This document shows positions 1 to 12,535 of a DNA stretch of 55,797 nt, piece after piece. Made by a program: the position numbers and the translations under genes. Position 1 is the first letter of the stretch; the number at the start of each line of letters is the position of its first letter. Location of the stretch: contig NKIB01013547.1 of NCBI GenBank assembly GCA_002256025.1, positions 1 to 55,797 of the forward strand, written 5' to 3'. This DNA is from Asterionella formosa. Lineage: Eukaryota. The notes beneath the pieces are model-generated. The model saw only the letters and a list, made by a program, of their open reading frames with translations, was not told the DNA's origin and did not search any database.

Positions 1-269
1 GTGGGCGATGGTCATATGAATCCATGTGTGCCATGTTGGTGAAATGTGGGTTTGATGACATGTTGATTGTGGCGAAATCCGAGATTATTTGTTGTTGTTG
101 TTCTCGACAGTGTGGTCCCCTGGTACCTGGTACCTGGTACCAGAGTACCGTATAGCTATTGTTGTATCCATGTATGATATACTGGTAAATGATGCGTCCT
201 ATATGTACTGATTCTACGATGATAATAATTGGGTTTCTAGTGACTACATTCAAAGTAGTCAATATGGAA

Positions 270-473
270 TCCTACGTTTAGGTAACTTTTGGAAGAAAAA
301 AACCTAAACGTAATGCGTTTGGGTAACTTATTGGGATACCGGGTATGGGCACAGAATCCCCTAAACGTAATGCGTTTGCGTTGGGTTTTTCACTCCCGTT
401 AGCATCGTTTTTTAGGGTTACCGAAACCCAAACACTGTTTGGTTTGCGTTTTGGTCCACCGTTAGCAACGGCC
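270..473. mobile_element. Probable right end of a PIF/Harbinger-like TIR element with subterminal repeats
   Basis: Repeated AAACGTAATGCGTTT and CCGTTAGCA motifs end in ...CCGTTAGCAACGGCC followed by TAA. The partner end is not visible. Confidence 0.35.
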
Positions 474-870
474 TAAATACTGGTATATTATCAACCAAAA
501 ATATGATCGTACCTGGTACCAGGTACTTATGTTGTCCGGCTCATTATAGTCGGAGTAGCAAAGTATAATGTGTGGTTGATGAGAGCTTGGTACATCAAAG
601 TGGACTCATTCGAATCGTTTGACTCCGAGTCCTAACTACGTATTGAGCTCACTTCAACAAACATAGACATACAGTAGGCAACTTACAAACTCAAACAACG
701 AAGGTGCAAAATAGAATTACTTACAAGTGAAACACCTGAAATATGATGACTTCCTATCAGGGGAATGGCTAGAGCTATGGTCTAATCGCTGAATGAATAT
801 GTCGAACAAGAAAACAGGTAAAGCACTCTTTACTAGCTGTTTAAGTATGAAACACATTACCCCCGAGACT

Positions 871-2522
871 TCATTCCTTAGACTTTTTCTTCTTTTTCTC
901 TGACTTCTTCTCCTTCTTTTCCTTTTTCTCCTTCTTTGGGATTTCCTCATTGTCCTCCGAAGATTTCTTAGTCTTCTTGCTAGATTTCACTTCTATTTCT
1001 TCATCCACGAAATCGTCTTTACCTTTTCGCTTCTTGTCAGACTTTTTGTCTTTCTTCGATTTGGGAGTTTTCACCTCCGCCATGTCGTCGTCGTCGTCGT
1101 CAAGGTCGTCTCCCCTGGCAGCCTTCAATTCCTTGGCAACCTCCGTCATGACGTCAATATTTTTTCGGGGAGCAGCACCCGTCTCATAAAATTTGAGACG
1201 CTCCTCGACCTGATCTCTTAGTTTTTCTCCATAAAGACGGCTTGGCTCATCACTGAAGGAATCGATGCGAGTGGCAATGGAGCATTTGTTGGCCAAATAT
1301 CTGGAAATACGGCCCTTGTTTTTGGCGTCAGCACGACCAATAAATGTGGAGTGGTAGATTAAACCATACTTGGGAGTGTTCCCCTTGGTCTTGAGTGCTC
1401 GGAATAGGGCCTTCTCTGCGCCCAAGATTTGGACTGTTGAAGCTGGTGCCTTGGCTAAGTTGGTCAAAGAACCAGCCTACCGGTAGTCGTAGTTGAGTGG
1501 TGAGAAAAAAGTCTAACCGCCCTGAAACTAATGTGTCCAATTCTCGTTCTTACCTTGCTGATCAATCGCGCAGCGACAGTATCACCAATAAGTGCACTCA
1601 GGTTAGGCGCAACCAGGTTCATCTTGTCAGAAAGGTACAGTGACAATTGCTTTCTGTACTCAGCGAGCTTCACCATTCGCTGAGTGAAATTAACAATGTT
1701 GACCATGTCAACGCTGCTGCAATCCATACCCATACTTGTCTTTGCTGCAGCAACAACGGCGTTGGCCATATCGTCGTCCCCAATAATCTCCTTCAAGCCC
1801 TCCAGTTTGGCGGCGTCGTCCTTCGTCAACGTGACCTTATCCTGAATGAACGCAGCAGAACGGGCAAACATGTAATTGTCCTTGACGATGCCCTTGAGCT
1901 CCGGAAAGTGCCAACTGTACCACTCCCGCACACGCATAGCGAAGGTATTGAGATCCTTGTCCATCTGATCCAAAAGAGCGATAGACTGAATGATCATGTT
2001 GTCCGAACGCGCAGGGTTGAACTTGACCTTGGAACGACTGTACGAGTGACCTAAACCAAGTTGTGCCTTTTCGGCAGCACCTCCAGCCAATCCCTTCACG
2101 AATACATCAAGATGTTGACGACATCCTCTGGCGATCTCCCGGATGGTATCATCACTTCGGCAAGAGACACCTGACAACCCGTCACTAATTGCAGTAGCCA
2201 GTGCCGGGTCAATTACGCCGAGAGTGAATTCGGCTGTTTTGCTCTTCTTCGAAACCTTGGGAAGGTTCATTTCCAAAAAATTATGAAGGGATCCTGTCAT
2301 GGCATGTTCCGAAATAGCGTTGGCGTTCTCAAGCGCATCTTGAGCGCTCTCGAAGGGTTGAAAACCCTTGAGCTTCAGTGCTCGACCGAAGCGTTCAATA
2401 TCAGTTACGGTGTCCATTGCGCCTTCGAGAAGGTTACCGATCTCCTCGAAGGCAACAACTTCGAAAAGAGCGTAACCAGCGGCACATTCTAGCAGAGTAA
2501 ACAACGTCTTGGAGTCCGCCAT
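871..2522 (-). CDS. NOP56: Nucleolar protein 56 (box C/D snoRNP core); 2 exons, intron 1477-1553
   Basis: Motifs [49 protein letters not shown] and [17 protein letters not shown], plus a KKE-rich tail. A GT-AG intron joins ...RLISK|AGSLTNL in frame. Confidence 0.96.
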
Positions 2523-2786
2523 AGTTGTTCTGATGGTAGGACTTGTAACAGCGTCTGATTTTCTTGACAACAACAAAATAATTTTCCAACATACATACCG
2601 GTATGGTTCCTATCCTCGATCAATGCATACAGCCAATATTTGTTGTACCAGGTACCTGGTAGTGCCTCGTCGTTACATTGGGAGGCTGTTTCCGCGTCCG
2701 ACCAAAATAATCAATGGTCGGCATCAGGCGCGCACGTTGGCACGAGACAATTACCGGTACCTGGTACCTGGTACCAGGCGTACCTG

Positions 2787-3435
2787 CAAGTTGCGGTCAT
2801 TTTGCTTAAGGTTCCTGCATTCAACCCTAAGCCAAAAATTAAAATATTGCTTAGGGTTGCCGAAATTCCCTGGAACTAAGAATTTATAGGAGCTATTTTT
2901 GAATGACATGATTCCGTTTGAAATATTCAAATCAGTGGAAATTTGTGCGTACGTACATAGATTGCTGGGTCTGAAGCCGATTTACCGGTAGATACATAGG
3001 TAACCTTCAAATAGCATCAGTATATAACTTCTGGCGAGAAATTGCAGAAAGGAACTTCGGTTTTTTAAATATGCCAAATAAAGTGATTTCCCCCGAAATT
3101 TCCAGTCTTTATAGCATAGTTAAAAAACCGAAGTTCCTTTCTGCAGTTTCTCGCCAGATCCTATATCCTGACAATATATAGCATTGACCTGTGCCCCTAC
3201 TTTTGTCAATGACTGTATCTAAGCAAATGAAAAGGGTGTATATTGGTGAAAGCTCCGTTTAGCGATACACATTTAAGTTTTACTCGTAAGAAGTGTGTGT
3301 TTGAGTACTCTGACTCAATATATTTTTTTGACCCTACCTCTAAACTAGGGTTGAAATGCAGGAACCTTAAACTAACATTTCAATCTGGGATAAAGATAGC
3401 TAAATCTTTAGTTTCAGCAAAAGTACCGCAACTTG
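2787..3435. mobile_element. ~88-bp MITE (TIR CAAGTTGCGGT.ATTTTGCT) interrupted by a 557-bp insertion
   Basis: Same termini and core as the uninterrupted copies at 7228-7315 and 8490-8576. CTG flanks both sides of this copy. Confidence 0.8.
2810..3366. mobile_element. Non-autonomous TIR element with TTAA target duplication (Kolobok/piggyBac-type target)
   Basis: Left end GGTTCCTGCATTCAACCCTA, right end TAGGGTTGAAATGCAGGAACC. TTAA at 2806-2809 and 3367-3370. A second partial copy lies at ~11279-11640. Confidence 0.85.
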
Positions 3436-3744
3436 CTGGGTACCTGGAACATGGTAGAAATAGCAAGCATGCAATGTTGAGAAAGGGATTCAGTGATTGT
3501 TCTTGTGCTTGCTTGATAAGCAACTGCCAGCAAGGAGAGAAAGATTGAAATATTGTGAAACAATGTACCGGTAATGAGATGCCGTTTGTCAAAATTCCGC
3601 CAGATAAATATTGTCAACAAGCCCAATAACCCATTTACCGTACCTGGTACCAGTACCGGTAGTACATTGGAGTCTGGAGAACCAGGGTACCAAAGATACA
3701 ACTCCCAATCACAGTCATTTCAAGGGCCTTCTAAGTTGAAAATT

Positions 3745-4992
3745 CTATGCATTTATCAAATTGAGCTTTGCCACAACAACTGGACCAGGGGGTTGTGCGA
3801 CACCCATACCTTGCATTTCTGTTCGAGCGCACGCCAACCAACACCACTTTGGATGAAAGGCAACATCTTCTGCTCCTACTCGTCTTCCGATTTTGAAATT
3901 ACCAATCATCGCCCCTGTATCTGCATCTGCAATATCAATTAATTCGTCATCACTGCTGCTTGCAAGTAATCTAGAGTCATGAGAGAAAGCAACACTTCGG
4001 ATAAACTTCGTACTCCGAAGGATTGTGTTGGTGCACACCATCAACGCCACGTCCCATAACCCGACAATTGTGTCGCTACCACCTGAAGCTAGTCGTTTAC
4101 CATCAGGTGAAAACGTGAATCGATTGATAGGAGCAGTGTGCCCGGGAAAGGTAGCGACTTCTTCAAGAATTTCGGGGTTATCCTGTCCTTCCTTGCAAGG
4201 CCATATTCGTATTTCCCCCATCCCTTCACCCCTGAAGGTTGTTGCAGCAACAAGGAACTCTCCGTTAGGGGACATGGTGCAACCTGATATTTCATTTTGC
4301 TGAAGATCAAAGGTGTGTACAGGAGCAGCACTGGTTGCTCGTCCGCCTTTTATTCCAAAACTAGGGTTAAGTTTGCGTATGTCATAGACATGCACCCTAT
4401 TATCCCTCTCCGCTACAACAAGCATGTGCACTGATCCCCACTCAACTGATACCGCACTTGTTCCAGCATTACGGGCATGACCTTGCAGATCAATCCTTGC
4501 GCGTTGAGATACAGCTGATACACGAATATCCCAAAGGCGAATGGAGCTGTCAAGTGCAGATGTGCACAACGTATTGGCCTCTTTGGGATGGAACCGTACA
4601 ACATCTACAGCTGCGGTGTGACCCCCAGATAGTACAATAACTTCACGGGGCTGATAATGTATAGGAGATTAGGAAAGATAAAGTATTTTGTGACTTTGCA
4701 GACATGTCGCGTTTCTTACCGCAGCACCTTCCACCGTCCAAATCTTTGCGGTGCGATCATGGCAGGCCCATGCCAGCCAACTGCCCGTGTTGTTCCACGA
4801 AACACTGCAAGACTAATTGAGTGTGATTACAGGATCATCCAGTAAGTGAAACAAAAAGAAACATAGCATCATGCATGCACTAGAAGCAAGAAAAGAAACA
4901 TTATGCGTCGAAACGGTTTGCCTCACCCTCAGCCGGTTCGCGCCACATTCCACCAATCCAACCTCGCCGAGCTTAAGACTTTTTTGCTGCAT
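3745..4992 (-). CDS. THOC3: WD40 protein, THO complex subunit 3 (Tex1)-like; introns 4813-4926 and 4651-4719
   Basis: Spliced frame MQQKSLK...|SCSVSWNNTGSWLAWACHDRTAKIW...|...GGHTAAVDVVRFHP...DSSIRLWD, later FSPDGKRLASGGSDTIVGLWD and SVAFSHDSRLLASSSDD. This is the typical THOC3 WD pattern. Confidence 0.8.
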
Positions 4993-5096
4993 TTTGACGA
5001 CAACAGCTGGCGCGGAGGCAGATTTATGGTCTTGCCGTGAGAGGATTTCCGGAAATAATACAAATAAAACGGAATGAAGGAATGCGAATTATTGAT

Positions 5097-5176
5097 TTGC
5101 TCAGCAGTTATCGTAATTGGGTTTGGCATCAGCCAACATATTTCACGCCATGCATCATTTCTTCTCATCACCAGCC
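5097..5176 (-). ncRNA. Candidate box C/D snoRNA
   Basis: GTGATGA (C box, 5171-5165) and CTGA (D box, 5104-5101) span ~71 nt, with internal GTGA (D') and CTGATGC (C'-like). The terminal stem is weak and no target was confirmed. Confidence 0.35.
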
Positions 5177-5222
5177 CAGCATAGCGCTATCACGGTACCA
5201 GGTACGTTTTACCAGACCTCAA

Positions 5223-7012
5223 GGAAGATCCGGTTGCGCACGTTCTATGCGCACCTTCCAGTTTCGACGCACTCCCAAGAGATCGTCTCATGCCTGCTGA
5301 ACAAGATAGACTGGGATTTCATTCCTAACTCTCTTAAGTAACTTTCTTCAATGTTGAATTATCATTCATCAAAATCCCAAGTCGACACATTCTGATACTC
5401 AAAATCGTGTTCACCTACTCCTACTGGTAATGGTATTCAACAACTGGATGACAGTTTGCTAATTCTGGAATTCACCAATCAATAACTTCTAGTCATAGTC
5501 AGCAGTTTCTAGCTAGTTGTAGTCAGCACTTTCTATTCAGTCAGCAAATTCTTGTTGCCGTCAGCAGATTTCTAGTCTCATGTGGTTATAGGTCAGCAAC
5601 CATAAACAAAGAGTCAGCCATTTGAAAATGTCAATGGACTATTAATCAACATTACTTAAATAGAGAATCAAACCAAAAATTTCTTTCGGCCTACAGATTA
5701 CCGTAGTTGAGCGTGCTGCATACTGTAAAAGTGTCAAATCTGTTCATAACTTCGTTGTTTTGAATTGTGCATCATCTAAACTAGTACGTGAAGCAATGCA
5801 CCATCGCCGTTTCAATTTTCGTTGTCATATTAGTGTTAGTATTACAATTATTTTTTAACGATTGTATTATCCATGTTGGCTGTGTTAGATATTTTTAGAG
5901 AATAACATAGCGATTTATTCATTTTCCATGGAGAAATTCAATATTTTCGACATGGTCAAGGCGGAGACGGCATGATGCAGGATTCTCTTGCTGCACACAA
6001 GAGCTACACTGTAGCATTTAATACACAGAAAGGAATCTCAAAATCTAGGCTAATGAATTATATACTAGCGTCTACAAGGGCTACCTTGGGTACCAGGTTG
6101 TCAGGATCTAGATTACTATAGGCCTCTTCCACAAGGGTCTGGTGGTCCATTGCTGCTGGAAAATAGCTTTCCGGACCCTCCGGGTGCGTAACTCCCGGTT
6201 GGTGCATGGATCGGTGCAAGTTTAATATGCTCCTGCAACATCGCATTTGCCATACGACTCCTGCTACCCACATCACAACGTAGGTATAGATGCAGTTCCT
6301 CCATAATGGCAACGTACCTGATAGACCTAGACCTGGAGGTAGTCTCAGCCTATCACACAAAGGGGGATTGCTCCCCGCAAGGTTTTGTGTGACCCCGCCC
6401 CTGATCAGGCAGTGAGTCTATTACAGTGGTTGGGATCACTGGTACTTCCATTCGCTTGCCCGTAGGAGCTACATGCCAATGTACTATGTGTACCTGACAC
6501 AGGTACACTCAAAATATATATCCTATGTAGTAATGGTAAATATGTGATAATTGATATGTATGATATTGCAAATACGGTAGTATATATAGCGGTACCCTGG
6601 TAGTTTGTTGCATCTGGAATGATAATGACTGTGACAATGTACTGGTATTTAGATATGACATTACATATGCTTAGTATCTGTAGTGTTGGCAAGGCTCTCA
6701 AGAGGGAGTAGTGGTTGTGCTCGTTCATGAATATACTTCATAGGAATAAGGGTCGTTCAGACAATCTATTCTTATTCGCAAGTTCTAGTCGTTATCAGCA
6801 AATTCTAGTCATAGTCAGCAGTTTCTAGTCGTGGTCAGCAAGTTCTAAACATAGAAAGGTAGGATTCCTATATTTTTCCGAAGCTAGAAGACGGTTTGCT
6901 GAAAAATGTTCATCACTCAGCAAATCTGGCCTATCTAGTCCGGCAGGCATGAGACAATCCTTTGGGAGTGAAACTGATAGTTGCGCATAGAACATGCGCT
7001 ACCGGACCTTCC
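5223..7012. mobile_element. ~1.4-1.8 kb non-autonomous element with ~75-bp TIRs and internal 20-bp tandem repeats (copy A)
   Basis: GGAAG(A/G)TCCGGT.GCGCA.GTTCTATGCGCA... occurs at both ends in inverted orientation. The interior is homologous to 18860-20387, 10340-10990, 32420-33400 and 50425-50820. Confidence 0.85.
6099..6499. mobile_element. Solo LTR (401 bp) inserted in copy A
   Basis: TGTCAGG...CCTGACA termini with a 5-bp TSD CAGGT (6094-6098, 6500-6504). The segment is absent from the other copies of the host element. Confidence 0.85.
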
Positions 7013-7227
7013 AGGAGGTTGTGGCAAGCTACCTGCTACCTGGTACCATGGTACTTGGAGTACTGTTTTTTTACATATGACAGAAAATACTGAATGACAT
7101 ACGACAATGACTACTGCATGCATTGTGGCTAAAAACGTACTCCGGGGTAGAAGCCAACAAGGCAATGAGACTCATATCCAGCTTCCTTTGGGAGAGAAGA
7201 TTAAGACAGACAGGTAAGAGAGTACTG

Positions 7228-7315
7228 CAAGTTGTGGTAATTTTGCTGAAACTAAATATTTAGCTTTCATTATCCTATATTAAATTGTTTATTTAAGCAA
7301 AATGACCGCAACTTG
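7228..7315. mobile_element. ~88-bp MITE, empty-site copy in reverse orientation
   Basis: TIRs CAAGTTGTGGTAATTTTGCT and AGCAAAATGACCGCAACTTG. Confidence 0.8.
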
Positions 7316-7877
7316 ACAGCAGATAGCAATGTTTAGTCAGGGGAGTCCAAACTAGCCACGAATTTAAGCAGCTGCAGCTTGGCCAGCAATGATAATACTG
7401 GCAGTATGGATGACAATGACTGCTGCCGCTCTCACTATTTCTAGGTGGTGCAGCAGCTACCTGGTTATGGTCGAACACTGGTTTGCTCCATAGCCGGTAC
7501 TCTAAAAGCGAACCAATTTATTGTCACGCAAACTTCAAATTAAATTGATGTTGAAGTAACTATGAAAATCGATTGGTTCAAGAATGGGTCAGGATTTCAG
7601 ACAAAGTGACTCCTTCCTTCCTAACTAGGAATAATTGCATACAAGCTAATCAAGTAAGTTTTGATTTCTACTTTCAGTTGACAGTGCGAGAAACGCCTCG
7701 GCAAACTGGCAGGTAAGAAGGACAGACAATCCTGAACCTGGCATGAAACGGAATTTTTGTACCCCCAACGTTTGATCAGATTTTTTGTAGTAGACTTTCC
7801 TTTTCAAACCCAATGTGATTGGTGGTCGATCATGCCTTACAAAATTCTACTTGTGTTTTCGTGAATGCGATCGATAT

Positions 7878-8229
7878 TTAGGTTGCCTGGGCAGCCATGG
7901 AATCCTCAGGACCAGCACCCGGAACCAACACAGCTATCTGGTTTCCATTTAGTAAGATTTCGCTGTTGAGCGCTGTCATTATAATTTCCCCTCCATTGCT
8001 TGCATGTGGTGCATACTCTACAGCGTCGTCCAAAACAAGATTTACCTGGTGGAATTCAATGTGAGATGCCTCAAGCATAGCTTCTGTACATGCATCTACA
8101 ACAAAGACTTACATAATCATCAAACCCTCTCAGCGTTCCCACAACTTCAGTTTTCCCCCGCATGAGGATCCATATTTTCGATCCAATCGCCTTGTCGATC
8201 AATTCAAGGGGAAGGATACGTGTTGCCAT
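7878..8229 (-). CDS. LSM5: U6 snRNA-associated Sm-like protein LSm5; intron 8046-8112
   Basis: [46 protein letters not shown]...[14 protein letters not shown]. Confidence 0.95.
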
Positions 8230-8489
8230 CTTAGCTTTCTTGCGCTTTCAATTAAGTGTCTTCCTTTCAATGCAAATTGACTTTTAGATTGGTTCAATCT
8301 TTGTTCTTGTGCTCAAAACAATCGAGGTACTTCGGACCCACTTCATATCGTTCTATGGTTTTACCAGTACCTGGTCCCTGGTCCCTGGTACACCTGATAC
8401 CTGATACCAGGTACCAGGTACCGCTGGTTCGAGTGTTCATATGTCGTGGGTTTTCTCACATATGTATATACCGTACTCCGGAGTACCAG

Positions 8490-8576
8490 CAAGTTGCGGT
8501 CATTTTGCTTTTATCAACAATTTAATCTCGGATAAAGGAAGCTAAATCTTTAGTTCAGCAAACCTACCGCAACTTG
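8490..8576. mobile_element. ~88-bp MITE, third copy
   Basis: CAAGTTGCGGTCATTTTGCT...AGCAAACCTACCGCAACTTG. Confidence 0.8.
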
Positions 8577-10339
8577 CGCCCCGCAGGTACCGGTATTACC
8601 TGTTTGTACAAGGTACCGGTAGTCGAGTACCTGGTACCAGGTACCCCATGCTGTACCGGCACCCTGGTACCAGGTACCAGATAGTTAGGACTGCTAGTAG
8701 TTGTTGGCTATATATAGTAGTGCTGCGCACAAAGCAACGTAAAAATCCTGTGTGCCTCGTGTAACTTTCAGATTTGTGTATGTAAAACATAAAAAATACA
8801 TGGAAGTGGACTTTTCTTAATCAATGGCTAATAATTGTCTTTTGTTTTAATATATGTATAATTAGTAGACTAAATCAAATCAAATCAAATCAAAATAACC
8901 AGAGGCTAATTGTACAAATGCACCTTTTTTTCAAGTTGAGCCTCCTTCTTGGCAAGAGGTACCAGAAAGCAGGAAAACATATCACCCAGAATGGCCAATT
9001 TGTCATCATTGTAACTTGGAGAAATAGAAATGAGTTTAGTATCATGACACGTTAGCTCAGTAGTGGATTCATTCTCATTCTCATCCTCACTTCCATTAAA
9101 TTCGTCATCATACAAGCTAAAAAAAAGTACTTGTTACTCTCCAACAAGGAAGCTGGGGGGTGTATCTGTAGATTTCTTGAGCTTCGGCTTGATAGACCAA
9201 TGTCAGCTACCTGTGACAGGATGCTGGGTAGATTGATGGGCTCACCTTGCATCTTCATTGTGTTCTGCTCTTTTCTCTTCAATAGCAAGGTCATATTTCT
9301 GTATACTTACATCGGTGATGAAATCACTGGTGAGGAAGAGCGGGCAATCCAAGCGAAGATGGATAGTGAGAACGCTCCAGGCACAATTTTGTTGTAGCAT
9401 ACCCATAAGGGTACATTTCCGGAAATTCGGCTCAAGCACTTGTTAATCACCATGTTAGTAGGAGTGCTAGCTATGGTTTGGAAATGCTACACAGCTCCAG
9501 TGATGCCAAAAACGGTGCATGAATATTCAACGATATGTATTGTCTTTGTTGCATTTGATAATGTCAAGATTGAAGCAGAACCTGAAGAAATTAGTTTGCT
9601 TTTATTCTAATCGATATATGACGTAGTAGCTTATATTGCTACTAATCAACCTGTAAAATAATCTGTAAATAAACTAAATAATAAATCGTAAATTGTCAAT
9701 CATAAATCGTAACACATTGATTTTATGTTAATACTTAATGATATTGAATCGTAAATCGTAAACCCTAATTAATGCTGAAATAATCTATGTCGAAATAAAA
9801 TGCAGCTGCATGGATATGGATTTTGCAATATAGAATTTTAAAAGGGGTGAAAGAAGGAGGAAGACTGATCTTTTGAATATATTAAGCTACTAGCCCTTGT
9901 TGGCGCTTATATAAAATTAGTCAGCTGACATCCTTTGTGAATACAATTCCTGTTAGATTTAAATTTTAACAGGTTGTGATCCAAATGTTATGGATTATGC
10001 AAAAAAATTTATGTGGAGAATATTTTTGAAATCAAGTGAAAATACTGCCTACTAGGTTCTGACTTCTTTACACAGATCACTTTATGTTAACGTAAAAAGT
10101 TGTACAATCACATTATGATTTTTATGTGTCGGCTTTTGTTCTTGCCATTAGCATATCAACAGTCAACCTTGCCATCGATATTGTCCAATTGTTCACTCAT
10201 TTGAATTCCGATTTCAACTCTTTAACAAATCTTCTATGAGCTCAAGAGTATTATATCGACTACAAAATGTTTGTGATGAATCATTGCAGCGAAGACAGTG
10301 GCTGAAAGTACATTTTTCACGACTTCCATTTTACATATA

Positions 10340-10990
10340 GTATGGCTACATAGGATATATGCTATCTTGCGTACCCAACAAAGCCTTTGTAGAAGCTAGT
10401 ACTATATAATTATTTAGCTCAGATGTTGCGATTTGTTTCTATAAATAAATCGCTACAGCGGCTGGAGAATCGTGCATCATGCCATCAACGGATCGACCAT
10501 GTCAAAAATAACGAATTTCTCCATTAAAAATGAGAATGACGCTATGCTAAAACGTAGATCTATTATGCATCATTTATACAATACAATGAAAGAAGAATTA
10601 TTATGATGTTACTGATTATGACAACGAAAATTGAAGTCGCCGATGGTGCATTGCTTGCTTCACGTAGTTTAGACAAGGCAAAATTCAAAATGATGAAGTA
10701 ACGATGAGATTTAATACTTTCAGAGTACACTACACGCAACATTACGGTAATCTGTAGGTCGAAGCAAATTTGGTTTGATTCTCTATTTAACAATATCAAG
10801 TAATTTAACAATATCAAGTAATAGTCCATTAATATTTTCAGAATGACCCTTTCGTTTACGAGTACTGATCAAGTTGGTAACTACATATGACTAGAAATTT
10901 GCTGTCAACGACTATAAATTGCTGACTAGCTACGAATAGAAAATGCAGCATACAAGTAGGATTTGACTGGTTTGACAGAAACACCATACA
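10340..10990 (-). mobile_element. Internal fragment of the long-TIR non-autonomous family
   Basis: Reverse-complement similarity to 5500-6090 and direct similarity to 19480-20040. Confidence 0.75.
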
Positions 10991-11278
10991 CTGGGACAAA
11001 AAACTACTATGGGTGAAAACAGTGAATATCTCAACTCAGAGTTGGCATAAAGAAGGTGGGATTCTGCTGGGAGAAGGAGCTTGGCTCCGCCTCGCCCATC
11101 TGATCGAAAGGTTGGAGGGATGTCGGCCAAGGGTTTATTTATGGCACAGGCTCTTGTAATACTAGCCTCTGTGTGTCTCCATAGCCCAAGTGCAATTACA
11201 GTTTAGATATAACGTACTCTAAAATTTTATTTATCTCCTACGATTTGCTGACTATGAATAGAATTTGCAAAGACTTTG

Positions 11279-11640
11279 AGGTAGCCTTCAAATAGCATCA
11301 GTATATAACTTCTGGCAAAAAAGTGCAGAAAGGAACTTCGGTTTTTTAACAATGCCAAATAAAGTGATTTCCCCCAAAATTTCCAGTCTTAATTGCATAG
11401 TAAGAAACCCGAAGTTCCTTTTTGCGGTTTCTCACCAGATCCTATAACCTGACAATATATAACATTGATCTATACCCCTACTTTGATCAAGGACTGTATC
11501 TAAGCATATGAAAAGGTTGCATATTGGTGGATATACATTTATGTTTTACACCTAAGAAGTGTGTGTTTGAGTGCTCGTCTGACTCAATTTTTTTTTTGAC
11601 CCTACCTCTGCTAAACTAGGGTTGAAATGCAGGAATCTAA
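11279..11640. mobile_element. 5'-truncated copy of the TTAA element at 2810-3366
   Basis: Near-identical to 2999-3366, including the internal hairpin and the right TIR. Confidence 0.85.
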
Positions 11641-12535
11641 AAGTAGAGTCAATTTGCTTAAACTAACATAGTCCCTAAATACTTTATCCCAAAATTACAA
11701 TTTGTCAGAACCTGTTTTGTCCCTAATTATCTGAACGTATCGAATTTTGTCCAGTCGTCTTTATATAGCCTGCGGGCGCGAGCCCTTAGAAGTTTCATGT
11801 TTTGATTTCTTGACCGCTGCGAAGTCAGGGAATATTTGTCCGTTATGGGAATGAGCACCGTTACACGAATAAGCAAAATTACCGAAACTCGCATGTACCT
11901 GGTCCTAATCACAATCCTATTATCCTTTCCTACCTTCTTTTGACGACCCTTCATTTCGACTACCGGTAATGTTGAGAAGGACATCTCCAACCTACGGTAT
12001 ATGTACTAAACAGAAGTGACCCTCTCTACATGACCCCACGATTTAATATCTTTGTCATTACCGGTCCATACTTGCCGGTGCGGCTCTCGAGGACCATGTT
12101 CTTTAATTTGGCCCTGACGTTCGCGTCTGTAATCATACTTCCTTCTAATAATAAATACTGTAAATAGATTAATGACCAATAACATACGCAGGCAAGGATA
12201 TTCTGTTGGTCATTGATAAAAATTTAAAAGACCCCCTCCTAATTTAAAATGGTCTCTTCCCGTCATGCTGACGACTATAGCACGCACACATCATTCTCAC
12301 TGATCGAAAGTAAAGTGCTGTCACTTTTGAACGAAAAAGGCACCATCTATGTAAATCGATTTCGTTTTGAGGACATGTGTGCTGTGAGATCCTAAAGAGG
12401 AGGGGGGTTTAACAAATGTGACTCATCATCATCGGCCATAAATATTTGGGAAGAAGCCGTTTTAGGAAATATTTCATCATCTCAACAAGTAGCTCATCGC
12501 TCTCCCCTATAAGCTCCTCTGCCGTCAACTCGACC

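Noticed and set aside
743..792. ATGATGA...CTGA box C/D-like pair downstream of NOP56
   Set aside because: Only ~50 nt long, antisense to the NOP56 3' UTR, and no recognisable guide.
1477..1553. NOP56 intron as a snoRNA host, as in animals
   Set aside because: Only 77 nt with no C/D or H/ACA boxes.
950..2492. Plus-strand ORFs antisense to NOP56, and similar shadows over other genes
   Set aside because: Shadow ORFs of well-supported genes on the opposite strand.
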